Positions 9,216 to 19,188 of a DNA stretch of 64,000 nt are shown here, one piece after another. Both the position numbers and the translations under genes were made by a program. Positions within the stretch are counted from its first letter, which is position 1; each line of letters starts with the position of its first letter. The stretch lies in IMG/VR virus record IMGVR_UViG_3300025138_011172, positions 1,638 to 65,637 of that record. The stretch is one strand, 5' to 3'. The notes below the pieces were generated by a model that saw nothing but the letters and a program-made list of their open reading frames with translations, made no database searches and was not told the origin of the DNA. The stretch comes from a virus (lineage: Duplodnaviria > Caudoviricetes).

Positions 9216-9736
9216 AAGAGTTATTTAACCCTCGTGTTATAGATTTTGAAACAAAGATAATAGCTAAACAAATAACAGATCATCACAGAGATGATAAATC
9301 ACCTATTGTATTTATATGTTTATTAAATGGGGGTTTTATGTTTTTTTCAGATTTAGTTAAAAATTGTAATTTTGACTTTGAATGTGATTTTATGAGAGTA
9401 AAATCTTACATAGGAAAAAAGAAACAGGGAGATATAGAAATAACAAAAGATTTAGAAGTTTCAATTAAGGGTAAAACTATATACATCGTAGATGATATAT
9501 TTGATTCAGGTAATACAATGAAAGCAGTTGTAGAATATTTAAACCTTAAACATCCATCTAATATAAATTTAGTTACATTAGCTAAAAGAAAAAATAATAA
9601 ATGGATCCCCAAAAAACCAGAAGAAGTAAATACTTTTAGATATGGGTTTGAATTAGATAATGAATGGGTAATAGGTTATGGGATGGATAATGATAATGGT
9701 CATTGCCGAAATTATAAAACAATTTATAAAATTTAG
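9212..9736 (+). CDS. hpt: Hypoxanthine/guanine phosphoribosyltransferase
   Basis: LLNGGFMFFSDLV, VKSY, PRPP-binding IVDDIFDSGNT and VIGYGMD motifs. Confidence 0.85.
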   Translation: MKELFNPRVIDFETKIIAKQITDHHRDDKSPIVFICLLNGGFMFFSDLVKNCNFDFECDFMRVKSYIGKKKQGDIEITKDLEVSIKGKTIYIVDDIFDSGNTMKAVVEYLNLKHPSNINLVTLAKRKNNKWIPKKPEEVNTFRYGFELDNEWVIGYGMDNDNGHCRNYKTIYKI

Positions 9737-9793
9737 GTTGGAATTTATATTTTTTTTTATTACATTTAATCACAAATTAACAATTAAACACAA

Positions 9794-10822
9794 ATGAAAG
9801 AAACTAAAAAGTTTACTAAAAAGTATGAATGGGTAGGTGATGTTAAATCCTACACTGAACCACAAGACAATGAACATTCACTTAAATATAATGAACCAAA
9901 TAGAGAATATGATTCAGAGTATAAACCTACTAAAAAAGACATAGAAACATTCCCAGATTTACAAAATGGTCCTTCATCATTAATTCAAGGTTCTCCTGTT
10001 GAAATCCAACAAGTAGGAATTCATAATTTTAGATTACCATTAAAATATAAAACAAGAGATAATGGTATTAAAGAATTAGAAACTAAAGTAACAGGAACTG
10101 TATCACTTGAAGCTCATAAAAAAGGAATTAATATGTCTCGTATTATGAGATCATTTTATGAATTTAAAAATGATACCTTTAGTATAGATAAATTAGAAAC
10201 AGTACTATCAGCTTACCAGGAAAAACTAAATTCATTTGAATCTAAAATAGCACTTAAATTTTCATATCCTATTATTCAACCATCATTAAGATCAGGCTTA
10301 GAAGGGTATCAATATTATGATGTTACATTAGAGGGTGATTTAAATAAACAGGGTGAACTAAAAAAGATTATACATTTTGACTTTGTATACTCCTCAGCAT
10401 GCCCTTGTTCATATGAATTAGCAGAATTTGCAAGAAAATATAGGAATAAAGCAACAGTATCACATTCACAAAGATCAGTAACTAGAATATCTATTGAATT
10501 TGATGATATGGTTTGGATAGAAGATCTAAAAGAAATGTGTGATAAAGCATTACACACTGAAACCCAAGTAATTGTTAAACGTGAAGATGAAATGGCATTT
10601 GCAGAATTAAATGGGTCTTATTTAAAATTTGTTGAAGATGCAGCTAGGCTATTATATGAGCAGTTAGTTAAAGATAAAAGAGTTAAAGATTTTAGGGTAA
10701 TATGTTCTCATCAAGAATCATTACATTCGCATGATGCCGTTTCAGTAATACTAGCACCAAATAGTAATTTTAGTGGAGATGTTCCACATGAATTATGGTC
10801 AAGTTTAATACACATTTCATAA
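9794..10822 (+). CDS. folE2: GTP cyclohydrolase IB
   Basis: PDLQ, QVGI, KGINMSR, SACPCS, HSQRS and ESLHSHDA motifs. Confidence 0.9.
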   Translation: MKETKKFTKKYEWVGDVKSYTEPQDNEHSLKYNEPNREYDSEYKPTKKDIETFPDLQNGPSSLIQGSPVEIQQVGIHNFRLPLKYKTRDNGIKELETKVTGTVSLEAHKKGINMSRIMRSFYEFKNDTFSIDKLETVLSAYQEKLNSFESKIALKFSYPIIQPSLRSGLEGYQYYDVTLEGDLNKQGELKKIIHFDFVYSSACPCSYELAEFARKYRNKATVSHSQRSVTRISIEFDDMVWIEDLKEMCDKALHTETQVIVKREDEMAFAELNGSYLKFVEDAARLLYEQLVKDKRVKDFRVICSHQESLHSHDAVSVILAPNSNFSGDVPHELWSSLIHIS

Positions 10823-10832
10823 AAAATAAAAA

Positions 10833-11456
10833 ATGGAAATATTTCAAATACCTAAGTATGACCCACAAACAGGAGAATTGAATCCTTATTACGCTGAATT
10901 AACAGGAAAAAATGATTTTAACCAATTAGAAATCCCCTTTGATTATAAAGGAGTTGATTTTGTTAATGAAGTAGAAGAATTTAATACAACATTTGGTAAA
11001 CCTAATAATTATAAACCCACAATCCCAGAACAGAAAGAATGGCAATTCGTCTATGATTTCATTCTTGAAGAACTTGAAGAATACAAAGAAGCCTGTGAAC
11101 GAGGAGATATCGTGGAAGTTTTGGATGCTTTGTGTGATATTGCTTATGTTTCCCTTGGGAACGGTACTATGTTACACGGCCTTAAGGATAAGATATGGCC
11201 AGCATATCAAGAAGTACAAGCATCAAATATGTCAAAAGCTTGTGAAACTAAGGAAGAAGCAATACAAACTGTCTCCAAAAGAGCTAAGGAACAGGGTGAG
11301 GAATGTCATTATGAAAAAGTAGGTAATTATTATGTAGTTTACAGATCACGAGATAAAAAAGTAATGAAATCAATAAATTATTTTAAACCTGATTTAGTTC
11401 AATTTTTTACAGGGGATGAATTAGCAAGAATAAAATTTGATAATTTAGGAATATAA
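10833..11456 (+). CDS. MazG-like/all-alpha NTP pyrophosphohydrolase
   Basis: ILEELEEY...EVLDALCDIAYV and EVQASNMSK motifs. Confidence 0.8.
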   Translation: MEIFQIPKYDPQTGELNPYYAELTGKNDFNQLEIPFDYKGVDFVNEVEEFNTTFGKPNNYKPTIPEQKEWQFVYDFILEELEEYKEACERGDIVEVLDALCDIAYVSLGNGTMLHGLKDKIWPAYQEVQASNMSKACETKEEAIQTVSKRAKEQGEECHYEKVGNYYVVYRSRDKKVMKSINYFKPDLVQFFTGDELARIKFDNLGI

Positions 11457-13135
11457 TGTATAAAAAAATATTTGCACAAAAAATAGGAAATAATAAACAT
11501 AAAATTCATCTTTGGACAGATATAGGATATGAAAAAGTAGAATGGACAAACTATGCATATAAAGAATGTCCTGAAGCAGATGCTTCTCATATAGGTTTAA
11601 ATGGAGAACCATTAAGAAAGACTAGTAAATGGAGTTCTGATAATTCAGGACTCCATTTTCATGATATGAAAATTCACCAAAAATTTTTAATTGAAAAATA
11701 TGGAACTAATGATGAACCTTCTACCACTCAAAAAGAATTATTTTTTGATATTGAAACAGAAATGGGTGATGCTCTTACAGTTGAATATATTCAATCTGCA
11801 CCAAAAAAAGTTACATCTATTGCATGGTATGACAAACAAGTAAATGAATGGGGTATATTAATTTTAGATACTAAAAATCAACTAAAACATAATAAATTTA
11901 AAAATAAAGAAATAACCCCCGTTAAATCAGAACAAGAGCTATTAGCTAAATTCCTAGAAAAATTTAGAGAAATTGATCCTGATATTTTAGTAGGTTATAA
12001 TAGTGATTATTTTGATATACCTTACCTATACTACAGGATGTGTAATGTATTAGGTGAAGATTGGGCTAGACATTTATCCCCAATTGGTTATGTAAGAGAA
12101 ACACCTTGGTTTAAAGACCAATATATTCAAATAGCAGGAGTTGAATCTTTAGACTATATGCGTTTACATAAAAAATATAGCTGGGCAGATGAACCCAGTT
12201 GGAAATTAGATGCTATTGGTGAAAAGTATGCTGGTATGAATAAGATAGAGTATGAAGGTAATTTAGATACTTTATTTGAAACTGACATACAGAAGTTTAT
12301 ACAATATAACTTTGTTGATGTTGAAATATTAGTAAAATTAGATGAAAAATTAGAGTATTTAGCTTTAACTAAAAACTTATCTCATAAAGGTAAACATAAC
12401 TATAGTGAAGTATATGCTAATACTAATACTCAAGATGGGGCTATTTCTGCATATTTGCTTAGCAAAAACATTATTCCACCAGCTAAAGATAAAGATGGTA
12501 AAGCAGAAAAAGGGTACGCTGGTGGGTACCTATTTTGCCCTAAAGCTGGGATATACAATTATATGTTTGATGAAGATTTAACTTCACTATACCCGTCAAT
12601 TATAATGTCTCTTAATATTGGTAAAGAAACATTAATGGCTAGAATTAAAACTACAGATGATAGAAATAATAGATTAGGGTTAGATGATTTAAAACTTAAA
12701 GACCCAAATGAAATTGTTACTATCTTAAAAGATAAAAAAAGAGCAGAACTTCCAATAAATAAACTTGTAGAACATATTGAAAAAAATCAATGGACCATAT
12801 CAGCAAATGGTACAATGTATGCTACAAATAGACAATCAGTACTATCTACAATATTGGCTAAATGGTTTAGTGAAAGGGTATTTTACAAGGGTGAAATGAA
12901 AAAAGCATTTAAGTCCGGAAATAAAGAATTGGGTACTTCATTTCATATGAAACAATATACAATGAAAATTTTATTAAATTCTCTTTATGGTGCAACTGCT
13001 CTTCCAAGTTTTAGATATGGTAATGTTCAATTATCAAAATCAATCACATTAAGTGGTCAACGAATAATTCAAGAAAGTGCTTTAGCAGCTAATAGACATA
13101 TGAATAAAGTAATAAAAAATGAAATAATGTTATAA
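11456..13135 (+). CDS. Family B DNA polymerase, N-terminal part (3'-5' exonuclease, motifs A and B)
   Basis: ExoI DIET, ExoII YNSDYFDIPY, ExoIII YNFVDV, motif A DLTSLYPS, motif B KILLNSLYG; ends before motif C. Confidence 0.92.
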   Translation: MYKKIFAQKIGNNKHKIHLWTDIGYEKVEWTNYAYKECPEADASHIGLNGEPLRKTSKWSSDNSGLHFHDMKIHQKFLIEKYGTNDEPSTTQKELFFDIETEMGDALTVEYIQSAPKKVTSIAWYDKQVNEWGILILDTKNQLKHNKFKNKEITPVKSEQELLAKFLEKFREIDPDILVGYNSDYFDIPYLYYRMCNVLGEDWARHLSPIGYVRETPWFKDQYIQIAGVESLDYMRLHKKYSWADEPSWKLDAIGEKYAGMNKIEYEGNLDTLFETDIQKFIQYNFVDVEILVKLDEKLEYLALTKNLSHKGKHNYSEVYANTNTQDGAISAYLLSKNIIPPAKDKDGKAEKGYAGGYLFCPKAGIYNYMFDEDLTSLYPSIIMSLNIGKETLMARIKTTDDRNNRLGLDDLKLKDPNEIVTILKDKKRAELPINKLVEHIEKNQWTISANGTMYATNRQSVLSTILAKWFSERVFYKGEMKKAFKSGNKELGTSFHMKQYTMKILLNSLYGATALPSFRYGNVQLSKSITLSGQRIIQESALAANRHMNKVIKNEIML

Positions 13136-13137
13136 TT

Positions 13138-13398
13138 ATGTTAAGTAAACAATCAATAAGAAAAGAACACACTATATTCCTAAACAGAGTAGAAATGTCA
13201 AAAGATGAAATTCTAGAAATTACAAAAGACTTTACAGAAAATGAAGAACTAACCTTTAGAAAAATGCTAAAACAAGGTGGTATTTTTACAATCCGAGGTA
13301 ATGAATATGAAATAAAAAGAACTGAGAATAAATATAGAAATAGTAAAGGTGAATATGAAGCAGCTGCTAAACCTCATAAAGACTCAGATTGGGAATGA
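13138..13398 (+). CDS. Hypothetical protein located between the polymerase halves
   Basis: 86-aa ORF tightly coupled to both neighbours (2-nt gap upstream, ATGA overlap downstream). Confidence 0.6.
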   Translation: MLSKQSIRKEHTIFLNRVEMSKDEILEITKDFTENEELTFRKMLKQGGIFTIRGNEYEIKRTENKYRNSKGEYEAAAKPHKDSDWE

Positions 13399-14381
13399 AA
13401 CATTTAGAAGATACACCATGGTGGATTTGTGATCCTGAAGATACTAATTATTGTGCTTATGTAGATACAGATAGTAATTATTTTCATGCTGAACCTATAC
13501 TAAGACATTTATATCCTGATTTTGATAAAATGTCTGAAATTGAAAGGGAAAGTAAATTAGAAACAATTGCTTTAAAATACCAAGATATAATTACAGACCA
13601 CTATGACATATTAGCAAAAAATACCTTTAATATACATAAATTTCCATGGTTTAAAGATAAAAAAAGAAACCATTGGCTAGAAATGAAAACTGAATGTATA
13701 ATTAGAGCTTCGTATTTTAGGGCTACCCGAAGATATGCCCAATGGATTACTAAAGAAGATGGTACACCAAAAGATACATTAGACATAAAAGGTTTAGAAT
13801 TTAAAAAAGCAAATTTCCCCCCCATTTTAGGTAAATTTTTTCATAAAGCATTGGTAGATGTTCTAAAAGGAGCTGAACAAAAAGAAATTGATGGGAGAGT
13901 TAAAGAATTTAAAAATCAAATATTAGGTGGAGAAATATCTTTAACTGAACTAGGTAATCCAACAGCTGTTAAGCAATTAAACAAACATGCAGGTAAACCT
14001 GCTAGAGCGGGTCAAATGTTTTCAACTCTTAATCATGTAGAAAATGCTAGGGGACATAAATTAGGAGCACCTGCTGCTATAAAAGCAGCTATTGCCTATA
14101 ATGATCTAATTAGATTTTGGAAATTAAGTAATAAACACAGTTATATAACACAATCAGATAAAATTAAGTGGATATATTTAAAACAAAATCCATATCAACT
14201 TGAACAAATTGCTTTTATAGAGTTTGATATGCCAGAAAAAATTCGTATATTCCTAGAAGAATACGCAGACCGAGAAAAAGTATTTGAAAGTATATTAATG
14301 AATAAATTAGAGGGGTTTTATAGTGATCTGGGATGGACATTAAATTTAAACCCTTATATAAACCAATTTTTTGAATTATGA
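13395..14381 (+). CDS. Family B DNA polymerase, C-terminal part (motif C, thumb)
   Basis: YVDTDS catalytic motif, RRYA, IKGLE; likely ATG at 13395. Confidence 0.9.
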   Translation: MKHLEDTPWWICDPEDTNYCAYVDTDSNYFHAEPILRHLYPDFDKMSEIERESKLETIALKYQDIITDHYDILAKNTFNIHKFPWFKDKKRNHWLEMKTECIIRASYFRATRRYAQWITKEDGTPKDTLDIKGLEFKKANFPPILGKFFHKALVDVLKGAEQKEIDGRVKEFKNQILGGEISLTELGNPTAVKQLNKHAGKPARAGQMFSTLNHVENARGHKLGAPAAIKAAIAYNDLIRFWKLSNKHSYITQSDKIKWIYLKQNPYQLEQIAFIEFDMPEKIRIFLEEYADREKVFESILMNKLEGFYSDLGWTLNLNPYINQFFEL

Positions 14382-15115
14382 TAAGTAAATCAATTTTACA
14401 ATCAATTATAAAAAAGTACCATTTAGGAGAAATTGAACAAGTTAAATGGGAAATAGAAGATAATAAACTTGAAATTAATTTTGTTGCCCCAAGCAAAATA
14501 GTAATAGGTAAGGTAGAATGTACTGATTTCCCGCTAGAAGACGCTGATTTAGCCATATATAATACTAAAAAACTAGACACTTTAGTTGGGATTACTAGCG
14601 GAGATCTATTACTAGAATTAGAAAAACAAAATGAGTTATTATTAAAATTAAATATAAAAGATTTAAACTATAATTTATCATATGCATTATCAGATCCACT
14701 TTTAGTACCTAAGAGTGGTAAAGTTAATTCCCCTAATACATGGGAAATTGATTTACAACTAGAACATGATGATGTTTTTAATATTTTAAAAGCAAAAAAT
14801 GCATTATCTGAAATAGATAATATGATTATTACTACTACTCAAAATTTAGATGGGAAAGTAGTATGTGAGTTTGTTTTTGGAGATGAAGCAGGCCATAATA
14901 ATAAGGTAACATACCAAATTCAAGGTAATATTACTAAAGAAGATATGAAAATTAGATATAATTCTAATATGCTTAAAACTATATTAACTGCAAATAGGGA
15001 TGCTGAAGATGGAATATTACAGGTTAGTAAAATGGGATTAATGAGATTAGAATTTAAAAATGAAACTATTACAAGTGAGTATTATATGGTTCCTCAAGAA
15101 GGAGGAGTTTATTAA
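14378..15115 (+). CDS. DNA sliding clamp (gp45/PCNA-like)
   Basis: 245 aa, directly after polB, alternating beta-strand pattern, clamp loader encoded downstream. Confidence 0.6.
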   Translation: MISKSILQSIIKKYHLGEIEQVKWEIEDNKLEINFVAPSKIVIGKVECTDFPLEDADLAIYNTKKLDTLVGITSGDLLLELEKQNELLLKLNIKDLNYNLSYALSDPLLVPKSGKVNSPNTWEIDLQLEHDDVFNILKAKNALSEIDNMIITTTQNLDGKVVCEFVFGDEAGHNNKVTYQIQGNITKEDMKIRYNSNMLKTILTANRDAEDGILQVSKMGLMRLEFKNETITSEYYMVPQEGGVY

Positions 15116-15214
15116 GAACTTATTTTGTATGTATGTATAACTGCAAACTTAGGATGCACAACCGGCTCACCAAAATGGGAGCTATTTTATTAACAAAACA
15201 TAAATTTAAGAATT

Positions 15215-15661
15215 ATGACACATTTATTAAGAGAGCTAGACAATAGCCTCTCCCCTCGATTAACAACACCTTTTGACATATTAGTCAGAAATTTCTTCGA
15301 TACCGAAGCACCATTTAATCCACTACATTCAGTCAAATTAAAACATCCAGTAGATGTTTATGAAGATGAAAAAGGCCTTCATTTAGAAGTAGCTTGTACT
15401 GGGTTAACTAAAGAAGACGTAAACCTTGATATTGAAGGAGACGTTTTAAGAGTTAGTTATGAAAAAACAGAAGATACAAATGAAGGTAGAAATTACCATT
15501 ACCAAGGCATAGCAAAAAGATCATTTAACTTTGGATACAAAGTAGCCAATAGATTTAGATTAACTGAAGCTGAAGCTGAAATGAAAAATGGACTGTTAAA
15601 TGTAACAGTTCCTTATTCACCACAATCAATTACGAAAACTAAAACATTAAAAATTAAATAA
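15215..15661 (+). CDS. Small heat-shock protein Hsp20
   Basis: PVDVYE, GLTKEDV, GIAKRSF, AEMKNGLLNV alpha-crystallin motifs. Confidence 0.9.
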   Translation: MTHLLRELDNSLSPRLTTPFDILVRNFFDTEAPFNPLHSVKLKHPVDVYEDEKGLHLEVACTGLTKEDVNLDIEGDVLRVSYEKTEDTNEGRNYHYQGIAKRSFNFGYKVANRFRLTEAEAEMKNGLLNVTVPYSPQSITKTKTLKIK

Positions 15662-15678
15662 GAAAATTGTATCCTAGG

Positions 15679-15710
15679 TTTGCTTATTAAATTATTTTTC
15701 GTATATTCAC
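15679..15710 (+). promoter_or_regulatory. Promoter variant upstream of groES
   Basis: TTTG-N15-TTCGTATATTCAC. Confidence 0.6.
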
Positions 15711-15734
15711 CACAAATTAAAAAATTATAAAATT

Positions 15735-16097
15735 ATGGAATTAGAAGCATTATTTGATGCAGTTATAGTTAAACCTCAAGAAGAGGAAGAGACTACCTAT
15801 GGTTCAATAGTAGTACCAGATTTAGGTAAAGACAGAAATGAACATGGGACAGTAGTAGCTATTGGCCCCGGTCGTCATGTTGCTGGAATTGGGTTTATAA
15901 AAACTGAAATAAGTATAGGTGATAAAGTTATTTTACCTACAATTGGTTTTACTAAATTAGAACACAAAGGAGATGAATATTATATTGGTGCTGAAAATCA
16001 AATTTTAGCAAGAATTAAAAAAGAAGTTAAAGTTGAAGATATTTTAGCTGAAACCAAAGTTACACCAGAAGAAAAAACACTTTTAGAAAATGAGTAA
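15735..16097 (+). CDS. groES: Co-chaperonin GroES
   Basis: LFDAVIVK, GSIVVPD, GTVVAIGPG, GDKVI. Confidence 0.9.
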   Translation: MELEALFDAVIVKPQEEEETTYGSIVVPDLGKDRNEHGTVVAIGPGRHVAGIGFIKTEISIGDKVILPTIGFTKLEHKGDEYYIGAENQILARIKKEVKVEDILAETKVTPEEKTLLENE

Positions 16098-17697
16098 AAT
16101 TATAGAATTAGGCCCAGAAGCTAGAAAGAAATTAGTTAAGGGTATTGATCAAATAGCAGATGCTGTTGTATCAACATTAGGACCAAATGGAAGGAATGTA
16201 GTAATTTCAAAACCAGGTGAATCTCCACAATCAACAAAAGATGGGGTAACTGTAGCAAAAAATATTTCATTAGAAGATCCAACCGAAGAGTTAGGGGTTC
16301 AAATGTTAAAACAAGCAGCAATTAAAACAGCGGATAAAGCAGGAGATGGTACAACTACTTCTACATTATTAGCTAGAGAAATGGTAAAGGCTGGTTTATC
16401 AGCTTTAGATGATGGGTTAAATGCTGTAGATATTAAAAGAGGAATTGATAATGCTGTAGAGCAAGTAATAAATAATTTAACCCCTTTTCAAGAAGATGTT
16501 TCTTCACCTGAACAACTAGAACAAGTAGCTACTATTTCAGCAAATAACGATGAAACAGTAGGAAAACTTATTTCTAGAGCAATGGAAAAGGTAGGCAGAG
16601 AAGGTGTTGTTCATATTGAAGAATCTAAAACAGGAGAAACATATTTAGAAACTGTTGAAGGCATGCAGTTTGATAGAGGTTATAAATCCCCTTATTTTGT
16701 TACTAATAACAATACAATGACTTCTATTTTAAATGATGTTTATATTTTAATTGCAGACCATAATTTTACTTCAGTTAAAGAATTATTACCAATACTAGAA
16801 AGTGTTTCTAATACTAATAAATCTTTATTAATTATTGCAAAGGATATTGATAATGAAGCATTAGCTACTCTTATTGTTAATAAAATGAGAGGTACACTAA
16901 AGGTATGTGCTGTTAAAGCCCCGGAATTTGGAGATAGACAAAAATTAGTTTTAGATGATATAGCAGTTTTAACAGGTGGTCAAGTATTTTCTAAAGAAAA
17001 AGGAATGAAACTTGATAAATTTAGTTGGGAATGGTTTGGTGAAGCTAGAGTAGCTACAATTACTAAAGAAAAAACAACTGTTGTTGATGGTAAAGGTAGT
17101 GAGGAAGCTATTACTAATAGGGTTGAAGAATTAGCAACACAAATTGAACATTCACAAACTCCATTTGAATTAGAAAGGCTTCAAGATAGAATGTCTAAAT
17201 TTGTAGGTGGAGTAGCAATTGTTCATGTAGGTGGAAATACTGAAACTGAAATGAATGAAAAAAAAGACAGAGTTGATGATGCCTTAAATGCTACAAAAGC
17301 AGCAATCGAAGAAGGAATACTCCCAGGTGGGGGTGTTGCTTTAGTAAGAGCTTCACAGGGAATAGAATATAATGGAAACCCAAATTTTAATATTGGGATT
17401 GATATTGTTAAAAAAGCATGTTGTAAACCTTATGAACAAATCTTAATAAATGCGGGTATAAATGAATTCCCTGAATTAGATTATAGTGATGAATGGGCTG
17501 GTTTTGATATTAAGCAAAATAAAATGGTAGACTTTAAAGAAGCGGGTATCATAGATCCATTTAAAGTTACTAGAAGTGCATTACAAAATGCATCTTCAAT
17601 AGCAGGTACTATTTTACTTACAGAAGCCACAATTGTTGATAAGCCATCAGAAAATAATACACCCCAAATGGATCCATCTATGATGGGTATGATGTAA
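16090..17697 (+). CDS. groEL: Chaperonin GroEL
   Basis: TLGPNGRNV, TKDGVTVA, AGDGTTT, EGMQFDRGY, GGGVAL, Met/Gly tail. Confidence 0.97.
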   Translation: MSKIIELGPEARKKLVKGIDQIADAVVSTLGPNGRNVVISKPGESPQSTKDGVTVAKNISLEDPTEELGVQMLKQAAIKTADKAGDGTTTSTLLAREMVKAGLSALDDGLNAVDIKRGIDNAVEQVINNLTPFQEDVSSPEQLEQVATISANNDETVGKLISRAMEKVGREGVVHIEESKTGETYLETVEGMQFDRGYKSPYFVTNNNTMTSILNDVYILIADHNFTSVKELLPILESVSNTNKSLLIIAKDIDNEALATLIVNKMRGTLKVCAVKAPEFGDRQKLVLDDIAVLTGGQVFSKEKGMKLDKFSWEWFGEARVATITKEKTTVVDGKGSEEAITNRVEELATQIEHSQTPFELERLQDRMSKFVGGVAIVHVGGNTETEMNEKKDRVDDALNATKAAIEEGILPGGGVALVRASQGIEYNGNPNFNIGIDIVKKACCKPYEQILINAGINEFPELDYSDEWAGFDIKQNKMVDFKEAGIIDPFKVTRSALQNASSIAGTILLTEATIVDKPSENNTPQMDPSMMGMM

Positions 17698-17760
17698 TAT
17701 GATTGTAAAAATTATATTTTTAATAATCTGTTGTATATTAACAATAACAAAGGATAAAAT

Positions 17761-18024
17761 ATGAAAACAAAGGTTATAGAAAGAAATGAGGTTATAGCAA
17801 CAAGAGTACCACCTGGTGACAGGTGGTCTTTAGTTGAAGATTCTAAAAAAATTATTCACAAATCTTTAACAGATGCTTTGGAAGCGTACCTAGAAGTTAG
17901 TACATTTAAGGGTGAATATAGGTTAGCCCCTTTAGATGGTAAGTTATATGCTATTAAAACATCTGAAGAGGAGGTAAAACCCGAACCAATAAAGAAATAT
18001 AATATATATGGTGATGAATACTAA
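17761..18024 (+). CDS. Hypothetical protein
   Basis: 87-aa ORF overlapping the clamp loader start. Confidence 0.55.
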   Translation: MKTKVIERNEVIATRVPPGDRWSLVEDSKKIIHKSLTDALEAYLEVSTFKGEYRLAPLDGKLYAIKTSEEEVKPEPIKKYNIYGDEY

Positions 18025-18946
18025 GGAACACTCATTATTAGTAGAAAAATATCGATCAAAAACCCTAAATGAATATGTAGGGAACGAACATATAAAAACC
18101 CAAATACAAAAATATTTAGATCAAGATGACATTCAAAATTTCATTTTTTATGGACCCGCTGGTACTGGTAAAACTACTCTTGCTAAACTCATTATTAATA
18201 ACTTGGACTGCGACCATTTATACATTAACGCTAGTGATGAACGTGGTATCGAAACTATTAGGGATAAAGTCACCAACTTTTCAAGTACTGCTTCGTTTCG
18301 ACAGATTAAAGTTGTCATATTGGACGAGGCAGATTTCCTCACAATTCAAGCGCAAGCATCACTAAGAAATGTAATAGAAACATTTTCAAGATCCACACGT
18401 TTTATTATGACGTGTAATTTTATAGAAAGAATAATAGACCCATTACAATCTAGATGCCAGGTATTAAAAATAGTACCACCAAGTAAACAAGAAGTAGCAA
18501 AACATCTAAATAAAATAATAATAGATGAAATAGGAAAAGGTTTTAATGTAGATTTTCTTGTTAACATAGTTAACGCCCATTATCCGGATATACGAAAAAT
18601 GTTAAATACAATTCAATTATCAATTAAAGATAATGAATTAGTACTTGATGAATCTATTATGGTGTCATCTAACTACATTAAACAGGTTATAGAAGAGTTA
18701 AAACAAAAGAAAACTAATTTTAGAAAACTAAGACAAATAATAGCCGATTCAGGAGTTAAGGACTTTGAAGAATTATATAGAGCTTTATTTGATAATGCCA
18801 ATGAATATGCTAAAGGTAGAGAAGGTAGTATAGCAATAATATTAAACGAACATCAATATCATTCTAATTTTAGAATAGATAAAGAAGTAAACATAGCAAG
18901 CGCGTTAGCGAAAATAATAGAAATAAAAAAACCACAAGTAATATGA
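18008..18946 (+). CDS. Clamp loader AAA+ subunit (gp44/RFC small-like)
   Basis: LVEKYR, GPAGTGKT, NASDERG, ILDEAD, LQSRC. Confidence 0.92.
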   Translation: MVMNTKEHSLLVEKYRSKTLNEYVGNEHIKTQIQKYLDQDDIQNFIFYGPAGTGKTTLAKLIINNLDCDHLYINASDERGIETIRDKVTNFSSTASFRQIKVVILDEADFLTIQAQASLRNVIETFSRSTRFIMTCNFIERIIDPLQSRCQVLKIVPPSKQEVAKHLNKIIIDEIGKGFNVDFLVNIVNAHYPDIRKMLNTIQLSIKDNELVLDESIMVSSNYIKQVIEELKQKKTNFRKLRQIIADSGVKDFEELYRALFDNANEYAKGREGSIAIILNEHQYHSNFRIDKEVNIASALAKIIEIKKPQVI

Positions 18947-19188
18947 ACCAACAAAATGGAACGGGTCTAAACATAGACTTTAAAAACACAACAGCAGTAG
19001 AAGGATTTAATGGAGAACAATTATTCGGTCAGGCCTTTGTCTTAAGAAAAGTAAGTAAATTTGTAGTAGGAGGATCAGAAGATGCTCTTTTACCAATTCC
19101 AGTATTTTATGACTTAGAAACTAAAAAAATACTATTAGATTCTATTCCTAAAGAATTAAAAGATGAATATAAAGATATGTCACTATAA
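18943..19188 (+). CDS. Hypothetical protein
   Basis: 81-aa coupled ORF. Confidence 0.55.
   Translation: MNQQNGTGLNIDFKNTTAVEGFNGEQLFGQAFVLRKVSKFVVGGSEDALLPIPVFYDLETKKILLDSIPKELKDEYKDMSL

Noticed and set aside
13136-13394. Group I intron, intein or homing endonuclease in polB
   Set aside because: The gap is only about 260 nt, entirely coding and AT-rich, with no LAGLIDADG/HNH/GIY-YIG motif, no intein termini and no recognisable intron core; not formally excluded without RT-PCR
11456-14381. polB pseudogene
   Set aside because: All exonuclease and polymerase motifs are intact and both halves have coupled starts
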